DNA of 57,992 nucleotides, filler included, from Jimgerdemannia flammicorona (taxonomy: Eukaryota), in assembly GCA_003990765.1 (NCBI GenBank). It is 3 parts of 3 records of this genome, joined end to end, with 100 filler letters (N's around TTAATTAATTAA, not from the genome) between each part and the next. Parts side by side here need not be neighbours in the genome. Positions count along the whole stretch, not along the records: positions 19,380 to 38,641 come from RBNJ01001988.1; positions 38,742 to 57,992 come from RBNJ01001989.1; 1 more part is not named here. One strand, written 5' to 3'. Numbering within the stretch: the stretch's first letter is position 1; every line of letters begins with the position of its first letter. A program made the position numbers and the translations under genes. The notes under the pieces were generated by a model, which saw nothing but the letters and a program-made list of their open reading frames with translations, did not search any database and was not told where the DNA came from. This document shows, in pieces, positions 36,160-49,700 of this stretch.

Positions 36160-38140
36160 ATTCCAAGGTGCATGCTAGGCAGGATGACCCTAGTGTATTT
36201 GACTAGTAATATGTAGGGAGGAGCCATGGCTTAGAGGGAAGTATGAGGGGCTTACTGGCAGGAGTATATAGGAGGAGAGGAGGTAGTATTAGAGGACAGG
36301 GGTCTGAGAGAATGAGCTTTACTGATAAGGTAAAGGAAAGATGACCAATGACAATAACTGGGCTGGAGGGCTGGCTGAGGAAGGGCAAGGAGATAGAGAG
36401 GGCTGTAGGTTCTGAGGAAGTAGCCTATAGAGATGAGAGCAGCAGGGCTAGAGAAGTAATAGTTAGAAAGAGTGATATAGAGGGAAGATTGCTAATTTGG
36501 AAAAAAAAATCCAGATGTAATAGTTGATGATAGATCTGGACAGAGGGCAGGCATAAGGCCCAGAGACCTAGTAGATAGTGTGATAAGACTGGTGGCAGCA
36601 CCATTACTTAAGAAATCAAGGTCCAAATTTACTATCACATTGTGCTTCTAAGACTTAGCAGTTATAGTAAGAATGATTCTGGGGCTTCTGGCTCAGGAGG
36701 TGAAGGGGATTGCCTCAGTGGAGTTTTTGAAGAAATGGGAAGGAGTAGAGGTTGGCTTTGAGTAGGAGGAGGTACTGTTGGAGGTAATAGAGAAGGGAGT
36801 GGTAATAGGAGGGGTGGCAATCTCCATAGTATGGTGCTTATACTGAGATCCTTGAGTGATGCAGTTGATGGTACTAGATATACTAACTATATTAAAGGAA
36901 ATGGCCAGGAAGTTGATTGTAGAGGCCATTAAGAAATATAGAGAGATTATAGATATTGAGTTAGGGTCTGGGAGGGCACCAAGTTCAGGACTAGAGATAT
37001 AGATGTCAAGGTATAGTTAGTGAGCAAGAAGAATACAGAAAAGACAAGAGACTAGCTGGTGGTTCTAAAGTGGGGCCCTGTGGAATGTAAGGTTTCATGA
37101 ATAAAGAGGATGCTGGAAGAAGAAGAGGACTTGCTGAAGATATTAGAGGATCTGGCTAGAGCTGTAGAGAGAAAGAGATTGGCCTGGAAGAAGTATGAGG
37201 TCAAGACAGTTATAGAGATTATCAATAGTAAGAGAGTGAGGCTAGATTGGGCAGCCTGAGAGCAGGTGCAGGAGAGGCAGATTCAGAAGGAGTTGTTGGT
37301 AAAGATGGAAGGGGGGATGGTGGGGGGGACTATAGCTGAAGATACTGGTTTACAAGCAAGTGCTTGGGTGGAGAAGAAGGGGGTGACTCCAGAAGTGCCC
37401 CAGAGAGCAAGAGGTGGCTCTGGATTGAGTGTAGTCATGAAAGATATAGAGATAGTTAAGGGGGAGCACTCTTAGTATGGAGTACCAGGTGGGGCTACTG
37501 GGGAGGAGGAACTACAGGATATACTGGAGGAGGATTGGGACAAGTCAGCAAGATAAAATATGGAGAGAGGGTAAGTGAAGAGGGTGAAGGAGGTGGCTGA
37601 GAGAGTTGAGGAGGCTGTAGATGAAGAAAAGTAGCTGTGGAAAATGCTGGAAAATGTAGTGATAGAGAAGCTAGAAGGGGAGGACTTTTTGGGTACTAAG
37701 TGAGAGGTACTGGGATGAAATTCTATATAGTGAGGAGATGTTGAGGAAAATTTATAATGAGATCATGACAGTACTGCTGGAGGCCAGGACCTATCAAGTG
37801 GATGATAATAGGGAGGCAGTACTTAGAGAAATTACAAATAATCATACAGCTTATATGTGGGGACTGAGGAAGGGGCTGAATAAGTAGCAGGTAGTGTGTG
37901 AGAAATACTGGTTAGAAATGGAGGCTGTAGATGGGGTAGACTGTCAGAAGATCTTAGTAGTACTAGATGCTCAGTAGGGAGAGGCAGATGAGATTGCAGC
38001 AGAGAGGAACTTAGATCTTGCAGGTAATGAGATGAGCATAGAACTGTAGGGTGGGCACTTTCTCTTAAAAAACATTATTCAATATAAATAGTACAACTAG
38101 AATCTTCTCTTTGAATATCAATAGACTAAGGGGTGTGATG
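36160..38140 (+). mobile_element. LINE ORF1 and first codons of ORF2 (old)
   Basis: Homologous to ORF1 of the other copies (SFTDKVK, APLLKKSRSKFTITLCF). Ends at (M)NSTTRIFSLNINRLRG. Confidence 0.85.
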
Positions 38141-38641
38141 AGATAACCATCCAACAAGCACAACCTTTCACCGGTAACATTCGGGTGACACAAACTTCAG
38201 GCAACACTTTCGACAACGTTTTCAAGTCTTGGTGCTATCAACATGGCGAGCAACACGCACTCTAGTGAGCATACTGGACAGGGGGGCCCCAGCGCCTTTG
38301 ACTGGCAGCATGTGGGGGGGGGTCGAGGTGCTGGTATTGGTATGCCGAGGGCCTCAGTGAGGGGGTGCGGGGTCGGGAGTGGCGGCAGAGGAGGTGCAAG
38401 GCCACATGGAGAAGGGAGGATGACCTTCGCAGACAAGGTTAGGATGGGAAAGCAGGCGACTGGGCTGGATGGCTGGCTGGAGCTAGGAAGGGCGACGGCC
38501 ACCACGAGTGGCGGGGAGGCCTCTCCACTGGAGGGTCAGCGTAGGGGGGCTGGAGGAGTAGGGGCTGAGGCTGTGACTACTGATGGCGGTGTGACGGGCA
38601 ATCTGGAAAAAAATCCAGATGTGACGGCTGATGAGGGACCT
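38141..38641 (+). mobile_element. 5' end of a young, unmutated LINE copy
   Basis: Family 5' UTR motif tcaccggtaacattcgggtgacac, abundant CpG, and ORF1 open up to the gap. Confidence 0.9.
38243..38641 (+). CDS. LINE ORF1 N-terminus (Gly/Arg-rich), partial
   Basis: MASNTHSSEHTGQGGPSAFDWQHVGGGRG...MTFADKVR, matching the decayed ORF1 of four other copies. Confidence 0.85.
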
Positions 38642-38741
38642 NNNNNNNNNNNNNNNNNNNNNNNNNNNNNNNNNNNNNNNNNNNNTTAATTAATTAANNN
38701 NNNNNNNNNNNNNNNNNNNNNNNNNNNNNNNNNNNNNNNNN
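38642..38741. other. Assembly gap / artificial contig linker
   Basis: N44 + TTAATTAATTAA + N44. Confidence 0.97.
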
Positions 38742-38774
<33 letters not shown>

Positions 38775-41700
38775 GTCACTTGGACTCTTCCTTTATTATA
38801 CCCATCTATCTCATATAAGTATAGTGAACCCACCCCCTATCCTATCCCCCTAGGGGGGCCCCTCCCCCCTACCCCTTCTTGATGAAACACCACTCTATCG
38901 AATACAATTTCCACCCTCCCACCACTCTGTTTGTATATCCTTATCACCAAACCTTGCTATCGCCCCCCTGAAGGACCCCAACCTATCCACTATCCAGTCA
39001 TCAGATCTCCCAGCAGCTCCTCCCACCTTAAGACCTTCTCTTGTAGATATACCTGCTGCCCCTCCTCAAACACAAATAACCAATGTTCTGCCAATCCCAC
39101 CCAAACTGCTAACACCCACCCAACAGTGAGCCAACTATCCCCCACCCCCCCCACTAGCTGAGACCTCAAGTCCTCCCAGTGATCCCCCTCACTCACCAGC
39201 CTGCACTCCACACCCAGCCTATCTCCTATTTCAACCCAAAAGTCCCCCAAAACCTCACACTCTCCCAGCCAATATTCCAGTATCTGCACCAAACCCCCAG
39301 CTTGCCCTATATTATAATACTCCTCACAATCAAAACAGCCACCATCCACTAGATGCTCAGTGCAGAAATTCATCATGATATTCCACTGCAGCATTTACCA
39401 CCACACCACCCAGAACTTGGAGGGAAGCCACCACCATACCTTAGCACTCCAAGACCAGATACCCACCCAGTCCCACTCCTCACCAATCTTGACTGCCTGC
39501 CAGCCATTCAGCTAAAGATCCTGGCCAAGACCCTGCTGACACTCCACTCTATCTCTAATATCAAAAGCAGCAAGTGGAGCACCCCCCAGTAGCAATCTAT
39601 CCCATTGCCACATACTAGGTCTCTACAATATCTCCCCCTCATTGCCTTGCCAGCACAGATCAATTCTGTGTGCTCCATCGACCACTCCCTACCAAAAGCT
39701 CTTAAATCTCAGCCTCTGAATTCCTTTGAGCCCCACCAAAGAGAGTAGGTCTCCTGAGGACCCTTAAGGTGAGGTTTGCATCTCCCACACCTTCTGCAAC
39801 AGAGGCACCCAACCCCCTCCTTGCAGTTCAGCTGCTCTCTTCAACCACCAGGCTTGCAAGCAGTGTAACCTCTTAGGGAAATCTATAAGGCCAAGACCTC
39901 CCCTGACCACTAGTGTCACAAGAGTATTCCAACTGATCTGGGACCTCTGCTCTACCCAAATCCAATCCCTAGCCACCTTCATCAGCCTCTTCACCACCCA
40001 AGCTGGGAAGTCAAGGTGGTAGGCCACATACTACAGCTTGGAGAACCAGTACACATTCAGAATTGCTACCCACCCTGCTAGAGAGATATGGCAGCCTCCC
40101 CAACCTCAAAGGGCCTCCCCCTAAGCAGCCACCCTGCTCTCCCACCACACTCATGGCAGGATAGAGCCATATACAGAGAGGAAGATGCCTAGATACTATA
40201 CCATCTTACCAGTAGGGACAATTGTTCCAATGATGTCCCCACCCACCAGCCCATTCCCCAGCACCATAGTCTCACACTTATACTAGTTGAGTTTTACCCC
40301 AAAATGATTCTCATACCATTCTACCACCTCCTTAATCACCTAGACATCTGCCACAGACCCAAGGCCAACTGCTATATTATCTGCAAATGCTCCCACCTTC
40401 CACACTATGCCATAGATAGAGAGCCCTACTACCTTCCAGCAAATTCTATCCATCAAAGGTTCCAAAGAGAGAGCATAAAGGATAGGGGACAGGGGGTCCC
40501 CCTGAGGAACCCCTCTTTCTAAGGTAAATGCCAGACCATAGTGACCATTATACATCAGTACCACCCAACTGCCCTCTAGCAGACTCAACATAGAAGCCTG
40601 AAATCCTGGGGGAACACCAATATGATCCAACACCTTGCCCAGCCAAACCTGCTGGACCCAGTCATAGGCCTTCTCCTGGTCCAAGAAAACCAATCTTCCA
40701 TCTAGGCCACAAGCCTGGGCTGTAAGAGGGTTGCTTTTTAGAGTAACCGTTACATAGTTCTGAAAGGGTTTTCTAGAAGTTCTAGATATTCTGGAAGACT
40801 ATTTTCTTATGGTCAGGATCAATTTCATATAGAGTATATCCTCTATGCTTATTGATTTCAAGATCAGGTTGACATCTCAACCAAAGTCCTTTTTTGGACT
40901 AGTTCTGGATGTTCGGATTTTCTGTATTTCAGGAAGTTCAAGAAACTAAGACCAGCTTAGTTGAATTGGCATATTGCTGCAGACAATACCCAATTAGGAA
41001 ATTTCATGATGGGGTTAGGAGTAGGACCTAATAGGAAGTGGGTTTACTTAAGAGTGGTTTGTGGGTTATTAAATAGGTTTATTTACTATTCATAATATTG
41101 CTATACTAGGAGTAGTTGTGTGAAGGAATATTGTAGGGAAGTGTTCAGGAATGTTCTTGTGTATCTGAGTTTAGGATTCTGAGATCTGGGGGAGGGGGTA
41201 TTTATACTAGTGAGGGGCTATCTAGACTATGCTAGATGTGGATGTAGTACTAAGTGCTTTGCTGAGTCAGAATGCAGTCATATAGTACAAGTGTGATCTG
41301 ATATATCAAGAGATCGTCTGACTGCTGAGTCAGTTCACAGTCATGTCATACAAGGCTAATCTAACTATACTATGACTGCTTAGGCTATTTATAGGTTTAG
41401 GCACTGTCTGGGTAGTCCTCGATAATATCACTATCAATTGCATCATCTCTGATGAAGTAGTCATCTAGGAAGAGTGGTTTGTAGATTACTTCTCCTTGTT
41501 CGCTGAAATAATACATTGGAACTTCATCACCATCCCACAGAATAGTATTGTCTGTCTTATATGCTGGATAAGGTATTAGTGGGCAAAGGAGGGGTGTATC
41601 ATCTTTACTTTCATCAGATTCACTGTCTGCATACCTTCTGTAGGTTACAGCACTATGAGTCATAGAGTTGTAGTAAGCTGGTGGCTGTGGTTCATGTCAC

Positions 41701-44700
41701 TCATACTCAGGTGGTGGAGTGGTTGGTTCAATCTCAAGGGTTGTCTGGAGGTACAGGTTATGTTCTCTGGTCTCTTTATTGTAGTTGAAGTAATCAGGAG
41801 TGAATATGGTTTGGTATTTATGCCAGTGGTCATTGTCCCAATAAGTCTCATATGCTGTTATGAATTGTTGTAAGTTCATCAGCAAGGTTGGCAGTATGAT
41901 CAGGGTTGGCAGAGATCCTTAGCTAGAGGTCATGTTGGCATCAGAGGGCTGCTTCATCTTCATTGAAGTGGATTATATCATAGATATTCTTCATAGTGTA
42001 TCCAACTTGGGGCATTTGCAGGATATGATCATTGGGGTGTGGGAAGGTTCTGTCTGTAGTTTCAATGTACTTGAGGTACTTATGATTGAGTTCTTGTATC
42101 ATGTCGTCGATTTGGCCATAGGACAGAGTAGCAACCATTTTGGCTATGGTAACTTGGAGGCGGGGAATAATGGTGCTATACTCGTAGAAGAGTTCTTGAT
42201 GTTTGTGGGCAATGAGCTTCTGGTGTTGAGACATCTGAGTGATGTCTATATCATGTGGTGTTCGATCATGTCTTCTAGGAGGCAGCCAATCTGATAGTAG
42301 CTTGAGATTTGTCCGATTCAGTGGGCCTCACTAAGTATGTTCAGAGCATTCCATCAGGCTTCCACAAAGTAGAGGGGTGCTAGGCTATGAATATTCATGA
42401 GGGGCAGAGGAGGTGTGGCTCAGTTGACAATGGCATTCCAAATGTCAGTGTGGATACAGGTATAGATCTTGGTAGTCATGTTTGTATGTTTGGAAGTTGT
42501 AGTTGTTGTTTGTTTTGGTTCTCTGATTTGATATGTCTTGGTGCTCAGTATATATGCATTTGATCCTGATTGGTAAGATTCCATTTGTATAAATCTTGTA
42601 TTCTGTGACTTTGTATTGACTCAGCTTTATATGCTGTGACTTCAGTTTGACTCAGCTTCATGATCAAGCAGGTGATTTCCAGATTTGTTCAGAGGTCACG
42701 TATGATTTTAGTGGCTTGTTCAGAGGGTGATGTGTAATTTTGGTGGCTTAGAGGTTGTACACTTACATGGGCCCCTTCAATGACACCATGCATCCATGCA
42801 GTCCCATCTCTTATAAGTCTACTCCTAACAAAGCTCCACTGCTCCTCCCCTAGCACCTGTTGGGTAATCTTCTATAGTCTTGCAACAACCACCTTAGTCA
42901 CTATCTTCCTGTTTATGTCCAAAAGCATGATTGGCCACTAGTTCTTCCAGTCTTCTCTCCTCCCCTTGTCTTTGTACAATAAAGCCACCAGCCCAAGATC
43001 CTGCTCTCCAACCCACTCACCACTCTGAAGAACATGATCACAGAAAGCAGTCATCTCACCCAAAATGCCAAGAACCATAACTATCTTCTTTCAAAAGTCC
43101 CACAGTAGTCCATCCTTCCCTAGTGCTGTTCTAGGTTTAGTTGCTACAAGGACATTCTGGACCTCCTCACCTTGCACCAGCAAGGCCAAGTCATCCAGTC
43201 CAGCCACTTGCAGTGGCCTCTATTCCCCTAATGTATCTTCAATAGCCACCCCATCAGTACCTCCTTCTTTCTCACTCCACAATCCCTGCCATCTCTCTTT
43301 CAAAACCCCTAAGATTTGTTGTGTGCCATGTACTATGTCCCCATCAACATCTAGGACTCCATCCCACCGATATCTCACCCTCCTAGCTTTGAGCAGACAG
43401 GACAAAAATCTAGTAGGCCACTCACCCTCCTCGAGCCCCTGCCACTATAGTCTTACAGCCATGCCTTGTATATGCACCTCTTCCTCTTCTCTCAACACCT
43501 ATTGCAGTTCCATTATCTCCAATCTAATCTGTACTAACCTCCAGTCCTCCACCCCATCAGCAGCAAGCAGACTTGCCCAATCCATATACAATCTCTTCAG
43601 CCTATTGGAAGTACACCTCATGTACTTCCTTCTCTGTCTCCCCTCTTCTCTCCCAGCCCCTCCCCAATAGACCCTCACAGTCTCTTTCAATCTCATCCAA
43701 CAGACACCCACTGACAAACCCTCACACCTCTAGCAGGAAATTTTCGCCTGAATGTCATCTACCCATGAGTCCCACAACTCCTTCTCAGCCAGCAGGGAGG
43801 AGTTAAGGTACCAATGTACAGGTCCATCTCCACTTCCCCCAAACTGCCCTTATCCTAACAGTCCCCAGTGATTAGTCTATGGACACCATTCCACCTCCAA
43901 AGTCTTCCAGACATCAGACCCCCAACATTCTGCTATCAGAATCCAGTCAATCCTTGTACCTAAGCTATTCACCTAATATGTATAGACCCTTGAGTTGCCC
44001 CATTATATTCTGCCCATATCTCCTAAGGAGCTCAGCCTCTCTACCTCCTCCTATACATCCAGGCCTCCACTCCTCTCTCCTGTACCCCACCCATCATTAG
44101 TTTGGTCCAGATGCTGATCCCAAACCATATTAAAGTCCCCCCCAAGCACATCAATCCCTTTTTCCAAGAGAATACCTTCCTCCAGCAGCTCCTTAATCCA
44201 TGCAATCCTCTTACCCCTAACCGCAGGGCAGTAGCAAGAGCCAACTCTCACTGACTCCCACCCCAGCCAATGCCAATCTCTCCAGACCAAGTGATCACCC
44301 CAGCTCCCAATACCCCCCAAGTCACCTCTACCCTTTCTCACCAAAATTACCACTTTTCCAAACCAAGCAGTAGCCCCACCCCATTCTCTAGTCCACTCAA
44401 TCCAATTATCCTCATCCTCACACTGAATATCCTACAGTAAAAAGAGATCAGCCTCCAATTCCTTGAGCCAGTTAAAAATGTTTTTATGCTGCCCAGATCT
44501 CCTTAGCCCATTCACATTCAAAGAGAAAATGTTGGTTATACTGTTCATAAGAGAAAAATGTTGTATTGTGAACCCACTCTCTACAATTCTGCATTCTGCT
44601 CCTCCTGCAACAAATCCAAGTCATGATCCACAGCTAGTTCTCTCTCACCAGCTTTCTGTGCCTCCAATTCTCCCAGAAGTTCTACCATTGCCCCATCTTC

Positions 44701-46700
44701 TCGCTCCTCAAAGTTCTCACAATATTCCCAACAAGCCTCCTGCCAGAACTACAAATCATGCTGCTCCACCCAACAGTATACTGCCTGCTCCCCAGTGACC
44801 ACTACCAGCTCAGCCCTCCTCACCTCATCAATCTCATATCCCTCCTCCTCCAGAAAAATCAAAAGAATCTCCCCCTTCAGTGCCTCCACCACTCTCTTGC
44901 TATGCAGAATCTGTGCCCAATACTTCTCAGGCATTACCCACAGGTCCACCTCCCCCAAAGTCTCAGCCACAAGATTATCCATCACCTTACTCATCCACAG
45001 CAAGTTCCCCACCTCCTTCCCTCCCAGAGTCCCTGGCCATCCAATGTCCAACATTGTGGTATTAGCCCCTATACTGGCAGCCTCATCCCACTCCTCCTCA
45101 GGGACATCCACCAGCTCATCCTCACCAACTGCCACTACCTGACCCCCTTTTTCCATATCAGGGACCCCAAAGTGCACCCACTGGGCCCCCTTCATCAGCG
45201 TATCCTCAGTTGTCTACCTTCTTCCAGCCAGGCCCCTTCTGATAAGAGGGGGGGTTATATCCAGCTCTAGCTCCCAAACCTCGAAAGTGCCATCAGCAAA
45301 GGGGTCCTTGCTCAGCACCTTTTCAGCCCCTTTCTTGTCTGCCTCCACCTCCCCACCCCCTTTGCTCACCCAAACACTGGCTTTGACACCCCCAGACCCT
45401 TCAGCTCCTACTGCCTTCTGCTTCGCCTCTACCTCCATACTTGCAAGAAGTTCTCTCTGTCTCCTGTACTCCTGTGCTCACTCTCACAGCTTCCTGTCAG
45501 TATAGATGCATTTCCCATCCATAATCTCTAGATATGTCGACTCCTCATATATCTTCCAGGCCCTTACCCTCCTCTCCACAGCTCTACTCATCTCCTCCAG
45601 CACCTCCAACAAATCCTCCTCCTCCTCCTCCTCACTCCCCTTCACCCTCAAAACCTTACAGATGAATGCCCCCCACATTAGCACAGAAGGCCAGTCACTC
45701 ACCTTCTCTATGGCCTCCTTGCCTGCCAGCCTAATCTTGACATCAACATTACCTGTCCTGATCATTGTCTCCTCCCACACCTGAAAGCTGATATCTACCA
45801 CATTACCATACTCAACCATCACTTCCTCCACCCTCTTCCTAGTCTCCTCCTTAGTCACTATGGGCACTCCCTTCACCAGAAGCTATACCACCCTGGAATC
45901 CCATTGCAGGCATTGCACCATAGGGACCACCACCTCCCCAACCATGACTCCAGTCTTCAGTGCCTCATCCAGTGGGCCTGCCTCCTCAAAGCCCACCTCG
46001 ACCCCCTCCAGACCCTTCAGGAACTTCACCAAGGCCGCTCCAGCCACCTGCTTTGAAACAAGCCCCAGAACCATCCTTGCCATCACTGCTATGCCCCAGA
46101 AGCACAAGGTCACTGCGAACTCCAAGATTGACTTCTTGAGCAATGGGGTCACTGCTAGCCCCATTATACCATCTGCCAGGTCCCCCTTCCACATCAGGAA
46201 CCCCTGCTCTACCTGGCCATCAGCCATTACATCTCTTTTTTTTTTCTGATTCCTCATCACACTCTCATCAATAGTTACACCCCCAGCTACAGTACCTCCT
46301 CCAGCCTCTACTTCTGCACTCCCAGCCAGAGTACCACCCCCCCTTCTAAGACTCATCTTGCCCTTCCCCTCAGCAGCTCCAGTCCTAGTACCCACCAGTC
46401 ACCCACTCTCCTTAACCTTGTCCATGAAGCTTGAGAGTCCAGATCTTCCCCCATCGCCACTGGTAGACCCTTGACCTCTAGCCCTGCCCCCTCCTCCATT
46501 GTATCCTCCCACCAGCAGGCCCCTCATGCTTCTCTCCAAGCCAGGGCCTCTCCTCACTTGCTGCCATTTGAATGCTCCAGGGCCACCCTGCCCAGTATAC
46601 ACCTCAGGATACTTGTTGGTTGCTATGATACTAGTAGCTTGTCTCCAGAAACTGTGTTGAAAGTGTTGCCAAAATATTGTGTAACCTGAATGTTACCAGA
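38742..46700 (-). mobile_element. Near full-length LINE interrupted by a 2-kb solo LTR
   Basis: Poly-T plus tail motif at 38742-38790, 5' UTR motif ~46680-46700, ORF2 ATG 44548, and FLDQEKAYD, GVPQGDPLSP, AFADN and the C-terminal CFDC..EHWLGEC. Confidence 0.93.
40721..42767 (-). mobile_element. Long solo LTR (2047 bp) with ORF remnant in U3
   Basis: TGTAAG...CTTACA ends, perfect 5-bp TSD tgggc and a TATA-like motif ~41196-41207 on the minus strand. Confidence 0.9.
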
Positions 46701-49700
46701 GGAACCTGGAGTCTCCAGGCTCTGAGATTGAGGTGTGGCCATCTAGTACCAGTAGAGGGATCTTGGAGGTAGTTAATTTCTCTTCTCTCTGTAGAGTCTA
46801 GGGCTTTCATGAAGTTGGTGGTATCTTCTATCCATCTTTGGCAGGTTGTATGTCTGATAAGAGCTAGAATGTTTTCTCCTAAATTATAGATCTTGAGGAT
46901 CCTTCTTTCTGGCTTTTTGGTCTGGCTTTTTTGAATCTGGCTTTGGTTATCTCTTTTCTTCAAAGTATGGATTGCAACATCATAGCTGAGATGGATCTTC
47001 TGATGCCTGCAGTCTTGACAATCTGGGTGTCTTCTATGATTACAATATCCCATTACTCAAAAATGATATTTCTGGTTATTGATCTCTTGTTGTTTCAGGA
47101 ATCGGTATCCATCTTGGTCATAGGTTAGTAGATGAGTAGACAAGGAATATACTTCTGTCTGGGTGAAGAGGTCTTGTCCTCTAAATTGGCTTTATAACTT
47201 GGTGGTAACTTCTTGAAAGGTAGTTGATTGTATAACTGTGTTCAGAGGTTCTGGTCTCTGAGGTCTCTGTCTCTTCTATTGATCTAGTAGATAGCACTAA
47301 TAGCAGTATTCTCAGAGAGAGTGGAAGACCATTTGGTGTGGACATCTTCCTAGCCAAAAAGCTCTCTCTTAGTGAGTTTCTTTCTTGGGAATAATGGAGA
47401 TTGTACTGGGTCCTTCTTCTATATTCCAAGGGTCATTATCCTTAGGTGGTGTCTAGTAAGGGTTATCTCAGGGAATGAGTTCAGAAACTTCTTCTTCTTT
47501 AGGTACTTCTTGTTCAGGAACTTCTTGGTCAAGAACTTCTTGATCAGGAACTTCTTCTCCCTCAGATAATTCTTGGCCCCAAGTTGCTTGCACTTCTGCA
47601 GCTTCAGCTGCAGGTGTTTCTGGAGCATGTCTGCATTTCTTCTTCTTCTTTCTGCACTCAGGGCAGGCTGTACCAGGCAAATTCCTTTTCCCAATGATCT
47701 TGGAGGAATGCTCAGGACACTTGTGTCTCTTGAGGCAGGTAGAGCATCCTTTGATTTCTCCTGCAATGGCTCCAATAGATAGAGATAGTGTTCTTGGCCT
47801 ACACATTGTCTTCTGGTCTATCATCCACTAGATTAATTCAGGAATTGAGCCTGAGATTATTTCCATCTTCAGATTCTTCCTCTTCTTCTATAGTAGATTC
47901 TTCACTGCTGGCATATTCTTCCTGAATAGTGACCTTCTTTTTCTTCTTCAATTACTCATAGCTAGTCATCTTAACTCTATACTTCTTACCTCAGTAGTCA
48001 AACTTGAGTACTTGTAGACCAATATTAATAACTACATTCATTTCCTTTATCTAGTTAGTGCTAAGGATCATGTTATAGATGACAGCTTCAGGAATAACTA
48101 CTTTGAGATGGAGAACTAAATATATCCAAGAGAGATGGTGATGTTTCATACTTCTCTAAGGGGTTGAGTTCAGGCTCTATCTGTTACTATAATACTGAGG
48201 TTGGATGGTCTATCAATGGGCCATTGGAGGGTGTCCAGGAACTATTTAGCAATGATATATAAAGCTACTCCTGTATCTAACCTTTTGTTTTCCAATATAT
48301 CTATATAGATAGGTGCTAACATATCTTTCAGCTGGTTGGACAGAGATGGAAACTGGTTCTTGCTGCAGGATTGGAACTTGGCCAGTGCTAGACCTGGTAG
48401 TTCTCAGTAATTTGTTTCAGACTCCAGCTGATATCAGTTGTAGAAACTGCAGAAGAGGGACTTCCATCTTGGCCTCTTAAATCTTCTACCAGACTTCATT
48501 GTAGGTATCTCTAAGTATGGTCTTTGAGGTGTACTTCTTCTTGGGCATTGAAGCAGCAGGTTTCCATTCTTCTTATTCCATTTCTTCATCCTCTAATGGT
48601 AGCTCATTTGTCTTAGGAACAAAAGGTAAAGGAGTTTAGGAAGGTGTTTCTACTTATTCCTCTTCATGTTCTTTATCTTTCTTTTGGATGATTCTTCTGC
48701 TGATATTCCTGGATAGTCTTCCTACAGGTCTCTTCTTTTTCTCTGCTGGGTAGACTGTTTTTCAGATGGTAACCTTAGTAGGGTATAAGTCTAGGTCACT
48801 ATAGTCTTTACTGTTGCTTGCTTCTTTGAAATCTTCAACAGGATGGGCTTCAGTCTTCTTATACCAAGTGTCATTCTTTTGGTTTAGTGGTTCTGAGTCT
48901 CTTTGGTCACTTCTTTTGTTGTCACATTCAGTAGTATAGTGTCTGAATTATCTACAGTGAAAACATTGGACTTGGGCTCTGTCTCAGACAGGATATCTTC
49001 TTTCTTCTTACTAATAGCTCCTGTTATCTCTTGGTGGATAACCTTGGCTCCTCTGGGGTGGGTATTCTCTGTTATCTTGGTAGCCCTGATTTTTGCATGT
49101 AGTGAGTTTTCCAATTTGTCCAACTAATCAGTCCAACTTGGAGCTGAGGTCTTAGATTTCACTCCTGTCCTTCTTTCTTTCTTTGGCTGGTCTTCTTTCT
49201 TTGGATCTTTCTTATCCTTGAAGGAGTCCTTATAGGGCTTTGATCAGGATGTCTTCTTTATCTTCTTTCTTATCATGATCACTCCAGATAGTTTCTTGTC
49301 TAATATCAAAGAATTCTTAGACCACATCTACTTACTCTTCAGATCTTCTGATGCCTAGGATGTGGATATACTAAGCAATGTTTGGGGGAATCCCATTTAT
49401 GAAGATCATTAGATCTATGATATCTTGGTTGATGGTATTGAATCTGGCAGCATACATTCTCTTCTGGATTCTTATAAAGAAGGCTCTGAGTGATTCTTCA
49501 AGATTCATCTTTATCCCTATGATAGATTCTTGAGCCTTGTGGCAGGTTTCATTTCCTGCATACTTTTCAATGAGCCAGTAGACCATGGCCACATATTCTA
49601 GCTCATAAGACATTGCTGCTTATATCTGTCTCATCAGTTCTGAATTTAGATCATTTGCTATTCAGTGGAAATTCCTCTGGCTGGTTCTCTGAGCTGAGCC

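Noticed and set aside
40370..40392. LINE RT catalytic motif reads F(A/V)DN rather than FADD in three copies
   Set aside because: The codons (GAC AAT, GAT AAT, GAT AAC) are what CpG decay of GAC GAY produces, so this is not a novel active site.
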